Origin: Eledone cirrhosa
Taxonomy: Eukaryota
NCBI GenBank assembly: GCA_964016885.1
Contig: OZ024740.1
Span: 223,262,001-223,326,000, forward strand
Direction: 5' to 3'
DNA: 64,000 nt
The first letter of the stretch is position 1. Each line of letters starts with the position of its first letter. The position numbers were made by a program, and so were the translations under genes. Below, piece by piece: positions 14,000 through 25,640 of this stretch. The notes beneath the pieces are model-generated. The model was given only the letters and a program-made list of their open reading frames with translations. It had not been told where the DNA came from and did no database searches.

Positions 14000-15135
14000 G
14001 GATAAACTATCTGTTTTCCCTGCCAGCAAGATTTGTTTGGGTCATCACTAACCAGGTGAGCACATAATCAAAACTACTGACCTCTCAGATCATTTTTGGA
14101 ACTGCATCTCACATATGTTTCCCCAGTCTACAGAGGGAACCAGGTGCATTTTATTATGGTATCAGCACTACAGAGGTTATGTTTTCAATACAGCTGATGA
14201 GTCCTCCTATTGCAAGATTTATATTTTAAAGGGTGTACCGAGTTCATTTTATTGTGACACCAGCCCTAGTGAGATTGTCACATGCTCGGCTATAATAAAG
14301 GGTCCTCTCAAACACTATATTGCTTCCATTCAGGTGCCAACACAGTAGTCTTACGTTTCATACTAAATTTACTTTTTGTGTTGTACAAGTGGGTATTTCT
14401 TTTATATCAGAGCATATCACCAATCAGCTTGGTCATGTGTCATCTCCTTCAGGAAGGTATTACTCTATTACATGTTCCAGCCAACAGGCTGGGGCCATGC
14501 TGGGGTGATTATTCACAATTTCTTTCTAAGTCTATCCATGACTCCCCCTTTTCATGTTCCATCCACCTTAAGCACTAGGCATTTTTTGCTTTATACAATA
14601 CTAGCTCTCCCTATGCATCACAAGACTAGTGCAGTTGTCTCTCTCTTGCACACTAACATTATACATCCAGTGTAGCTTGAAAGCTTGATTTTCTTTTAGC
14701 CGCCACACATACTCTACACTCAGGGCCTATGTCTCACTGTAATGCAACAACAGTTCAAATACAATACAAGCATCATATAATTTGACATTCTATCTGAAAG
14801 TGAAACATTTTATTGATAACAGAAGCTCCATGAAATACTTTAACACTGTTCTCACTGTGACTATGACATGTTACGCACATCCAGCTCCACTGTTAATGAG
14901 GCCACTAAGATAGAAAATGTTTTGTAACACTTCTAGTGAGCCACCTGATAATCTGAAAGAGTTAACTTCTTGAATACCCTTACTGGTGACTACTCTTGTG
15001 CATCTGGCACATACAAAGTCTACCATCCCAGTCACTCTATCTTTGATCCTTTTAAATCCTTTGTTTCCACAGCCTACACTGTGTACACCATGTGATATTC
15101 CTATTTGTTCCTTTTCTACAAATAGAAATTGCACC
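14000..15135 (-). mobile_element. Old decayed RTE LINE 3' portion (PHD-containing family)
   Basis: ORF 14871-15134 contains FVCARC...SLEVLQNIFYL...NSGAGC, resembling the PHD/FCYLGD region of the 52-55 kb element; left boundary approximate. Confidence 0.55.
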
Positions 15136-15167
15136 TTTGTTAGAAACGCTTATAATTATTATTACGA

Positions 15168-15350
15168 GAGAGGTGATTGGCAGTATCGGCCGTACAATGT
15201 TTTGTAGCACAGAGTTATGGTCCTTTATGTACTGAGTTCAAAACCCGTTGAGGTTAACTTTGCTTTTCATCCTTATGAGGTCAATAAAATATAGCACCAG
15301 TAATGCACTGGGGTAATTCCTGACCTTGTGCCAAAATTAGAAGCAATTAT
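15168..15350 (+). mobile_element. tRNA-derived SINE, followed by an older partial copy
   Basis: TGGCAGTATCGG, GAGTTCAAAACC and family body. Confidence 0.8.
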
Positions 15351-15570
15351 GAGAGAGGTGATGGCAGAATATGTAAAAGGGAAGGTCAAAATGCATTGCA
15401 GTATACAATTATGTCCCTTTATATAAAGACTGACTTTACTTTGCACCCTTCAACTATCTATCAGTATATATGTGTCGGTGTGTATGCAAAACATAAACGG
15501 AAACTACAAAGCAAACAACACAGTACAATGAAGAAATATATTAGTTTAATGCTTGATATACTAGGATAAG

Positions 15571-15610
15571 TGTCTTAACGTTTTGGATTCTAGTCCTTCA
15601 TCAGAAGATA
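15571..15610 (-). ncRNA. Decayed minimal type I hammerhead motif of a Penelope-like element end
   Basis: Minus strand reads TATCTT-CTGATGA-A-GGA-CTAGAA-TCC-AAAA-CG-TT-AAGACA: stem I TCTT/AAGA, stem II GGA/TCC, palindromic stem III ACGT, GUU triplet; GAAA has become AAAA. Confidence 0.55.
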
Positions 15611-16884
15611 AAATGTGAAATAAAAGACGAAATAGAAAGAGAGAGAGAGAGTGAGAGAGAAGAGGAAGGAACTGAAAAAAAGTTTTGAGAAAAGTCACAT
15701 GGTCAGATCTATATCTATTCTATCTTTGCAAAGATTTGACAGCCAGTTATGTGATGGTTGCTTGCTTCTATATGATGATTATCATAATCTGTATTTGTCA
15801 ATAGCCTCTTGTTTTGAGTCATTGTTGCTTTTCATATTAGCTCATATTGTCTGTGTCTAGTTTTGTCTTGTAGTATATTAACTAACAATAGATAAGTATT
15901 TTTCTCCAAATCTTCTGAACTAACATTTCGAGTTTCACTTCGATTTTATCTTTTGTATTAAAAAATGTATTTTTTGTTTTTTGTTTATAAATGAATCTTT
16001 TTTCCGTGCAATTAGCTTCTATTTGTACTTTGTTTCCTTATATATATATATAGATATAATTTTTTTCTATTATTGCCTTATTGTATTAATCATTCTACAT
16101 TTTATTGCTTCAAGATATTTGTCTAGACCCATTGTAGTTATTTTGTATATGTGTATATTTCAATTTGATTTCTACCTGTGTACATGTGGTGGGTATATCA
16201 TATCTATATCATTGGTAGGTCTCTACTATTAAACTAATGAAGCTTAAGATTCAGTGTCTTTAAGTCCAGAGGAGTCCCCAAAACAACTTATTGTCATCCT
16301 ATTGTTGCTGATTCCTAAGGGATCCCCATAAGAGTCCAAGATTCGGGGCTTCGAAATTGTGCATCTGTGACTGCTTTATGTTTAATATTGTTACAATGTA
16401 TTTATAAACCAGTGAGAAGGGTCTTCTATTTACTTTTCTACTTTCATATATTAAAACTTTAATTTATGACTGAGATGATCAGACACAATATAAAATGAGA
16501 GAGTAAAACCTTTTGAACATAGTTCTGCTACAATGTATTTACTTAGTTTCAGTCATTAGACTGTGACTATGCTGAGACACCACTATTAAAGATTCTAATC
16601 TAATATATTAATCTTTGGATGTATTTGTTCTAAGTTGGTACATATTTTGTCAATCACTGTTTGTAAACCCACAAAGCTACAGAATATGTAAACACACATA
16701 CACGGATGCATATACATATACACACAGCAGGTTACCATATACCATCATACAAATTTCACTCACAGTACATTGGACATCTATAGTAGAAAATACTTGCCCA
16801 AGGTGTCACACATTTGAACTGAACATGAAACAATATAATGTTGACGCAAATGTTTTAACCACATAGGAATTCCTGCACCTACTT

Positions 16885-17095
16885 GGGAAAATTTAGGTGC
16901 CAGGCCAACAATTTGGGCAAGGGAAAAGTCGATTAAATCAACTCCAGTACATTGCTGGTAGTTTATGTTATCGACCTTGAAAGGATGAAAGGCAAAGGTG
17001 ACTTTGGCAGAATTTGAACCTAGATTGTAAAGGGCCGTAACTGTATGCCATGAAGAATGATGTCCAATTCTCTACCAATTCTGAAAATCCACCAC
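16885..17095 (-). mobile_element. tRNA-derived SINE
   Basis: AGGATGAAAGGCAAAG...GAATTTGAACC family blocks. Confidence 0.8.
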
Positions 17096-18383
17096 ACTTT
17101 TTCTGTAAATCATAATAGATTGAATCTTTGTTTAGCTTAATAGAAGCAATGAGCTGTTGATAAGATGGTGACCAGAGTAGACAAAGATCTGTTAACAGTA
17201 ATCAAATTTGACAAGCTAATGACTACTGTTAGCCAAGAGTGCCAATAGAAGAAGCAATGGTGGACAATGCAGTAATAAAATGTGTGAAAGGAACAGAAAA
17301 TGAATATGAAATGAACTAGTTGGAATGGGTAGAGGAATAGTTATAATTTAAAAAAATATATATATAAACAAGTCACAAAATATTAACAGGAAAATCTGAA
17401 GTGGTCATTGACCAGCACATTTAATTATCGTTATATTTATTATTCAAGGTTGGCAGAATTGCTAGAGATTTGGACAAAATGCTTTCAGGCATTTATCTCA
17501 GTTCTTTACATTTTGAGATCAAAACAGGTTTCTGTATAAATGCAGACAATAAACAACCCCAGTTTAGTGAGAATACAGACAAGCTTAGCATACAGTTTTG
17601 AATATAAAGGTAGAGATATCACTGAGACTAAATACAATTTGCAATTGATTATGCACAGATTTTCATAAGGTGAATATGTGCTTGTTAGTGTGAATGTGGA
17701 CTGATAATGGTAAGTTTGAGAGGGGTTTTGCTGTGTGCAGAACAATTTATCTGATGAATGTACTACTCAGAAAGCTAACTCTTTTTAAAGAGTTTGGTAA
17801 GGGGATTCTGAAAAGGTGGTTCAGATTACCTTAACATATCAGAACAATCTAACTGCAATTTGGAAAGCAAGAAGCAATACAATGAACAATCCTCTTTTCC
17901 TTTCCTGGTGGCCATATGTATATTATAGACATGGATGACCACTTCCCAAATAATGATTGGGAATGATTTTCAGCAGATATTATAAGCAGTGTTTGTTGCT
18001 TGTACAGTTCTGGAGTGTAGCTGTAGGTAAATGACTCAAGATTTAGAACAGTGAGCTTTGTTTTTGTGAATGATGAGGGATACCTTTGTACAATAATGTT
18101 TGACGCACCTTCTTAGCTGTCTTGGATTGATCAAGAATTACACAAATTTATTGCCAAGGATAGTCCATGTAGATTTAGTCGAATCCCAATCAAATTTAAG
18201 TATGTACACGTACATACATATATGTATACAGGCATACAGTAGTATGTATATATATATACATGCACACATATATATATGTACGTATAGATTCCCCGAACAT
18301 TTATTATAATGCTCGGTGTGTTTGTAAACAAACATCCCATCCCGTATTAAGCCGTTGTGTCCAGCAACCATCGTTGCTCATTT

Positions 18384-18470
18384 GTTCAACACTGACAAAG
18401 GAATGCTGTACTAGTTTCAAGCTTATTAGCTATCGTCAGCAACGTATACCTTCCTGCCAGATTGTTGAAC
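18384..18470 (-). ncRNA. Type I hammerhead ribozyme motif, second copy
   Basis: Reverse complement equals the + copy except CAGCAT vs CAGCGT, giving one stem I mismatch; core identical. Confidence 0.8.
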
Positions 18471-18732
18471 GTATATACTTACCTTATGCATATTAACGGC
18501 TGAGTAGCCCAATTTGCATATCGAGTGGGTTAATCGGCCGGGTGCACCGAAAACGATAAATGGAAAAAATGAAACGAAATTTCATTTCCCACTCTTAGTA
18601 CGGCTGTTACTTAAATATAAGTATGTACACGTACATACATATATGTATACAGACGTACAGTAGTATGTATATATATATACATACATGCACACATATATAT
18701 ATGTACGTATGGATTCACCGAAAAGTATATAC

Positions 18733-18819
18733 GTTCAACAATCTGGCAGGAAGGTATACGTTGCTGACGATAGCTAATAAGCTTGAAACTAGTACAGCGT
18801 TCCTTTGTCAGTGTTGAAC
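18733..18819 (+). ncRNA. Type I hammerhead ribozyme motif (minimal palindromic stem III, extended stem I)
   Basis: Core CTGACGA 18764-18770; stem II AGCT-AATA-AGCT; GAAA 18785-18788; stem III ACTAGT palindrome; GUA triplet with predicted cut after 18794. Stem I pairs: ACGTTG/CAGCGT, AAGG/CCTT, CTGGCA/TGTCAG, GTTCAACA/TGTTGAAC. Confidence 0.85.
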
Positions 18820-20715
18820 AAACGAGCAACGATCGTTGCTGGACACTACGGCTTAATACGGGATGTTTGTTTACAAACACAGCGAGCATTATAATAAATG
18901 TTCGGTGAATCCATACGTACATATATATATGTGTGCATGTATGTATATATATATACATACTACTGTACGTATGTATACATATATGTATGTACGTGTACAT
19001 ACTTATATTTAAGTAACAGCCGTACTAAGAGTGGGAAATGAAATTTCGTTTCATTTTTCCGTTTACCCAATCAAATTGTTTAACAGAAATATTAAGAGGA
19101 TTGTATGAGAGAAGGTTGATGAAGGATGGGATACCTTGATTAGGAAATAGATGATACACTCAATGAAAATTACTGAGATAATCAAGGGTTTCAAATGAAG
19201 TAAAAACAATGTGATCCCAGAGAAATAAGGAAGGCAGATTTTATGTCAGATTAAGTAGATGCCTTTGTTGCTGACATCTATACAGAGAGAGAGAGAGAGA
19301 TTTTGTATAACTGCAGATTTTGAAAGAAGAATCTGTGTAGCATGTAACCTAGATGATACAAATGTATCAGAAATAGATTTTCTCTCTCTAAGTTTAGATA
19401 CTCTGATATTATTTTGAAAATGTAGTATATGTGATGAAGATGTCATATGTTTAATTTTGCATAGTCGTAAAACCTGACACTTTTAGACAAAGTGAATGTT
19501 AAACATAATTTCTAAGAATTAACAACTTAAGTGTAATTAAATAATTCTAATTAGAAAATGAAACCATATCCTAGTCTTAGTTAATCTGAAATTTGCTTCC
19601 ACTTTATAGTATAGCTTTATAGTATACATGTATCCCATAATTTTCTATATACTCCTCATGTGAACGTGTAGCATCTATGATTTTTTCTTAAAAGTATTTG
19701 TGATATATAGAGAAACTATTTTGATAGCAACCAACCAACCTGAAACTGCTACTTGTTCTATATAATATACATATATTAATACTTATATTAGAGTATTCAT
19801 ATTTATATTAAATGTTTTCAACACTGTTTTATATTAGAACTTTTTAAGCATTGTACCAAACATCAGCTTAATAATGAAAATGTTAGTTATTTGACTAACT
19901 TCCTCCAAAGTTTACATTATTTTCAAAATTAATTAAATCACATTGGCAGTGCATGTCATTAAAAATATCCTAACAAAGGGGTTTGTTTGTTCAAACAGAA
20001 AAATATAAAACAAGTCAGATTGTACAAGATGTAGTTCTTTCGAACCATGACAACCCATCCAAACCATGCCAGCTTTGAAAACAAGTGTAATATAATGATG
20101 ATGATGATGTAAGCATATTGTTAATCTGTGTGACTCACAACAGAAATAGTAACGAAAGTAACAGTGATAACCTCTCTGACTAATACTATCATTTAGAGGG
20201 GATAAATCAAATTACACTATGATTACATATGCCACTAAATGATAAGGAAAGTAAGACTTCAATATCAGAGATACTATTGACGAGAAAGCTTCATAAATTG
20301 TCAAAGATAAACTACATTTCCATCTTCTGTTCTTTGAAATGTTTCCTTGTACAGAGCTAGAAAATTAACTAATTCCAATATAGCAAGAATTATTTATTAT
20401 CTCAGCTGTTCTATGATTAGTTTTTAATTCCCATAACATTCAACTTGTTTAATCATTCACACTTGCTTTCAATATTACATCTGTACATTTGGAACTTCAC
20501 AGAATATTGTAGCTAAATAAACAGGTGACTCTGTTTTTACTATGCCAATCAGAAAGTTAACTACATGAAAGAAACATGTGACTGTGCTTTCTCAATACGG
20601 CTATTCCTTTTTATCTTTCTGTTGCCAATCTCTAACTTATTTCATAACAGAATCTTTTATCCATACACATAATAAATACCATTACTACTTTAAACTTTTG
20701 AAATATGCTTATGAG

Positions 20716-20764
<49 letters not shown>

Positions 20765-20916
20765 TTAGAGGAGTATGCATGTGTGTGTAGTTGGTACATA
20801 TTAAAAAAAATCGATTTATTGAATGTTCAAACACAAATTGGATCATAGATTTAATTATTCGAAAAAACCAGTCTTCCTGATTAAATATCTATACCTATCT
20901 ATCTGTCTTTATATAT

Positions 20917-20961
<45 letters not shown>

Positions 20962-21619
20962 GATAAAACCTGGAACCTGAAACAATGTGGTTGAAAGCAA
21001 AGAGATTAACATCAAATCTGTGCCTGCATCCATATATACACTTTTGGCAGTCATCCCGTGAATAAGTATAGAAATTAAATGACCACAGCTTACTTTGTGT
21101 GGGTGTCGTGAATGAATCCAGCCATTCACATCATTCAAAAGTCATATGATATTGAGTAATGCCTGTGCGGGAATGTTTCCTAGTTGTGAAAGGCCTTGCA
21201 CTAGACCAGTCCCACTCACTGAGCAACAATAGCTATAATCTGAAAAGAATAGATCAACATCATTGGTTTCATCGAATTTTAGATCACAATTTCTGTACCC
21301 TAGAGAGATATCCTAATGGGGACAAAGGATCTCTCTCTCCTAGGGAGCTTAACATATACACATTGACTCTCATGAGTTCCTCTGCCATTTGAGAGATTTT
21401 GTTTTTCATCCCACAAGATGTCCCAAAATCACCCTCCTCTCCAATTTAGTTTGTTGGGGTTGTCAGTTTAGTTGCTGATGACTCAAAGATACAACAGGTT
21501 GTGCTGGGTTACATTTTATCAGTTGAACTTGAGAGCAATCTGACCTTCATCCATAAATACATACATGAATGCATGTAGGTATGTATATCGTGTGTGTGTA
21601 TATATTTATATCCCTTCTT

Positions 21620-22300
21620 TACCCCCTTATTCCTGAGAGTGTTGTGAGGGCTGAGTCCTCATCCACTCCGTCCAGTGGGTCCTGTTAGGAGCAATTGTCT
21701 CCACTCATCCAGCTTGATCCCAAGTGAGACCCGCCAAACTCATGGATGTTATCCAATCATCTTGCTTGGGGTCAACACCTGGGTCTCCAGCCAGTTGGTT
21801 TTGTCTGTAAAATATGTCCAGCAATTCTTTCCTGAGACATTCTAACCCTTTTGGGGAACCCCATTTTGGTTGCTTGTATTCGAGATCGTATTCTATCATC
21901 ATTACCAAAGATCCATGACTATAGTTGGCATAAACACCGAATTGAAGATAGTGAGTTTGGCTTTTACCTCCCTCCTTCTGATTGCTGAAGCTGGTGCATT
22001 ACTGCACCAGCTGCTGCAATTCTTGCATTTAATTCATCCTCCCGCCTTCCATCACTCATGAACAAGGCCCTGAGATACTTGAACTTCTCTACCTGTTTCA
22101 GTGGGACTCCATTCACATATAGAGTACACTGTGCAGGCTTCCTTCAGTTATATCCCATTTAATTATATTTCTTGTCTTCTGAAATGGTTGCGGACCTCAT
22201 CGCCAATCTAGTCTGTTTTGCACTTATCAATCAAACTTCTGTTGCCAACATTCTGCCACAACTTACCAGAGTCTTTATTGACTTTCTTGCTCTCCCTAAT
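21620..22300 (-). mobile_element. Decayed RTE-like fragment of a second subfamily; 3' end shared with 37570-37890, 61440-61640 and 62640-62920
   Basis: FKYL-like remnant near 22070-22090; shared 3' block TTCCTGAGAG...TCCAGC...CATGGATGT in four loci. Confidence 0.6.
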
Positions 22301-23095
22301 CGTGTAGTGTTCCTATCAGCACCATTGTCAGAAGTCCAACAGCCCTCATCAGGTGTACAAAGTATTCCCTTTCATCAAGCCTATGGCATTAAAAATATTA
22401 GATTAAGTGGTGTAACATGTTTAAATAAATATGGAGATTTTTTTGTTGTATGATACTATGTGTATAGGAAAAAACTGTGATCATTATAGTGCATTTGCAA
22501 GGGAAATGGAAGCTGTTTTATGTCTTTGGTCATGTAAGTAAAACTGTACGATGAAAACATCATCATTAGAAAATAAACATACATCGTCACTTGCTTACTA
22601 TGGTGTTGATATGGAAGCATATAGATACACACACATGGCTGACTTTCTCAGAGGTTTTGTTGATCAAATTCACCTGCAAGGTAGTTGTCAACCTAAGTAT
22701 GTTGTAGATGGTGTTGCACAGTGAGATCAAACCATATATAATGTGTTTACAAAACACACTCGTTAACTACATAGCCAACCCTGCATATAGAAAATCATGT
22801 TTATTTGATCTTGAAGAGTGAGGACAGAGACTATGACCTCTTTCAGTCTTTTCCCACACTGAGGTGGGTAATACAGTTGACATCTGTAAGAAGTATGTTC
22901 ATCGTGAGAGAATTTAAAAAGATGCAGTTCTAGATGAGAAACAGTTAGTATGGAGATTGGATGGAAAGATTGACTAGAGGTGTTGTACAGATTGCTAGTT
23001 TAGAATACCAGGAGCTCTTATAGAAGAAGTAGGAAAATAGTTAAAAAAAACAGTATATCTGTGAGCTAGTAGTTGTAGTGTAAAAATATATGGTT

Positions 23096-23138
23096 TTAAT
23101 CAGAGTTACTGCCCTAGGAGGGTAGTAACTCTGATTAA
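23096..23138. repeat. 20-bp stem hairpin with 3-nt loop
   Basis: TTAATCAGAGTTACTGCCCT-AGG-AGGGTAGTAACTCTGATTAA (one G-T pair). Confidence 0.9.
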
Positions 23139-24804
23139 GTGCTGATATAATGACTCTGCCAAACCATGTCATCATGGAAATTGGATGTAAAATTATAATA
23201 ATGAAGTAAGATAGACAAAGAAGTATACTGGCAAAACAAAATGTTTAAAGCGATAACTAACATATAACATTTTAATATTCAAAATCAGAAGCATTTAATC
23301 AATGAAGACGAAACCATTTTAAAGAAACTTCAATGAAACTTAAATCATATTCTTCCAAATTTATAATTTTCCTAACGTTTTAACAAAAAACAACAACAAA
23401 AAAACAAACAAACAAAATTAATATATGAAGTAATTTTGACATCTTTAAATATTAATAAGTTATAACACTTAATATAATAAAGCAATTATGTTGATATTGT
23501 TTCTATTGAAAAACACTTCGAGGTCACATTGGCTTCTTTCCATACATGTTTTTAGAACCTTAAGGAGAAGCTTCTGTGCAGATATTATAATAAGTGCTTT
23601 TGTTTACTTCATTCTGTATCCCTAATTAGAATGGTTAATTTAGCAATTAAAACATTGACATCATCTACTGAATCCTACTCAACTTTTATCATTTTACATC
23701 GTTGTATTCATGCTGTCATGAATTAGATGAGTTTAGTAGGGCTTTGTCACTGCTGCAGTCCATTGTAATCAGACACACACAGCAACAAATAAAATAATCC
23801 ACTTTGTTGTGTATATATGAATAATAAGATTTTATTCATGACAGAACTAATTATTTTCTTTACAAATTTATAATTTTATTAAAGGTAGAAAAAAAAAAAA
23901 AAAAAGAGCCATGCTGAAACAAGTTTTATTTTAGGAAACTTTATAAAGTTGATGTAGATTGTTTCAACATCACTAACATCAAATCATTCATAATATCAGT
24001 AATGTATATATTTTTTTTTATCTTAAACTGATTTCAATTATTGAACTGCACCCATACTGGTGTGCCATTGTCAAAGGTTTAAATTATCATACTGAACCCA
24101 TAACTTATTCTAGAATCATATGTATAAATTGCACAAAAGGAAAGAAAGTGACTATTGTTAGGGCTGTTTTATTATTATTGAATAACTGAAATATTTCAGA
24201 GAATGACAAATCTATTATATACCAAATAGATTATTTCGGAAAATACTCAGTAAATATCAAAATTTCATTAATTCTGAGCTGTAATAGGATGTTATATTTA
24301 TCCGAGATACAAAATTCACTTCATCATGAGCCATCAATATAAATGTGTGCTTATATTAATTGCTGTGGATGATGTGATCTTTGCATTGTTTTTGCATGTG
24401 AATAGATGTCACATGTTCTATGTATAAAAATGTGAAAAACATTTTCTAAAAGTATTTTGACAAGAATCAAGTTATGATGACTATGTATATTTTGATTTGT
24501 TTAGTACATTTCCTTAAATATTGTCACACTGCTTCCTTTCTTCAAATATTTGAATAAATGGTAATGGGAAACTCAGAGTAAGGGTCATAGTTGTGTCAAA
24601 GACATGACTACCACTCTAGTGTTGGTGTCATGATAAAATGCACATGGTAGAATGCAGAACCATATGTGGGTGGGATGCCAGCCCAGAACCTGTCTAGAAG
24701 GTCAGTGGCCCTACCTTTGTACAGACTTGGTCTGTGAGGAGTTGTCCAACTCTATCAGGGTAACTGGGCATTAAATTATGCTAATTACATACATATATAT
24801 ATAT

Positions 24805-25640
24805 ATATCTAGGGCAGGTAAATATCCCAAGATCCATGGACGAGTTCTCTCCAGCGGTCTCTGTCCCTCATTATCGCTGCCATGTCCTGCATCTCCAAGA
24901 GATCAGTGTCTGTCCTTAGGGCATCAACATATGTTAACCTCGGTCTTTCTCTTCCAGTGTGTCCATGTAGGGGCTCCCACAGGAGCACTGAGTGCAGTGT
25001 CAACTCTGGATGTCAGTGAGCATGTCCAGCTAACCTCAGTCTCCTCTGTGACTTTTGAGCTGACGTTTGGGAGGCTCCCGTACAGCTCTGAGTTTTTCAT
25101 CCTCAGTGTATACTGATTAATGTTCAGAGCCATCCTCAGCATTCTCGTGTAGCACCCATTCACCATCTGAGCGAGTTTCTTGATCAGTGTCCAAGTCTCA
25201 GACCCGTACAGCAGTACAGACTCCACTACAGCAATGAAGAGGCGGATTTTCACGTCTTTACGAAGGTCCGACTTCCACACCGATCTCAAGCTGTGCCACG
25301 CCACCCAGGCTTTGCTCTTCCCCTCGACCACATCATCTCTCGTGTTCCCAATCTTTGCTCCCAAATACAGGAAGCTCTCAACCAATTCTAGCGGCTTCCT
25401 GCCTACATTAGTAATCTTCTTTGGCTTCTTAATATTCTCTATCTGATATTTCGTCTTAATCTCATTCATTCTCAGCCCCACACTCATTGACACAGTCTCC
25501 ACCTCCTGCATCAAATCCTCTGCCTCCTTCACTGTGTTTGTCACCAAAACTATGTCGTCAGCAAATTCAGCATCCAATATCTTTTTCACCTTAACTCTCC
25601 TGCTCTGAGCCAGTGCTACAGTAAAAATCAACTCCGATTG
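24805..25640 (-). mobile_element. 5'-truncated RTE-like LINE (RT C-terminal half)
   Basis: ORF 24924-25694 contains FADDIVL, VGLRMNEIKTK, FLYLG, LLYGSETW; frameshifted continuation LWEPLHG...RDRDRWRELV. Confidence 0.85.

Larger units (their letters stand above)
18197..19065. mobile_element. Non-autonomous hammerhead-ribozyme retroelement (retrozyme / Penelope pLTR-like): 421-bp unit, about 1.25 direct copies plus an inverted copy
   Basis: Direct repeat CCCAATCAAATT at 18185-18196 and 19066-19077. Unit start TAAGTATGTACACG recurs at 18197 and 18618 (period 421). 18723-19065 is the reverse complement of unit segments. Two hammerhead motifs, no meaningful ORF. Confidence 0.85.
17530..19290 (-). 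pseudogene. Highly decayed Penelope-like element ORF (RT + GIY-YIG) remnant hosting the hammerhead insertion
   Basis: Minus-strand motif remnants in the expected order: SA(D)KG-like near 19260-19275, GYP-like near 18070-18090, LPLSVHIHTNKH at 17678-17713. Many stops and frameshifts. Confidence 0.4.

Noticed and set aside
17744-17785. CTGATGA...GAAAGCTA hammerhead-like string
   Set aside because: Stem I does not pair and stem II is at most 2 bp; likely chance.
18100-19000. Short ORFs overlapping the hammerhead element as a protein product
   Set aside because: Largely microsatellite-like translation, and indels between unit copies shift the frame, indicating non-coding sequence.
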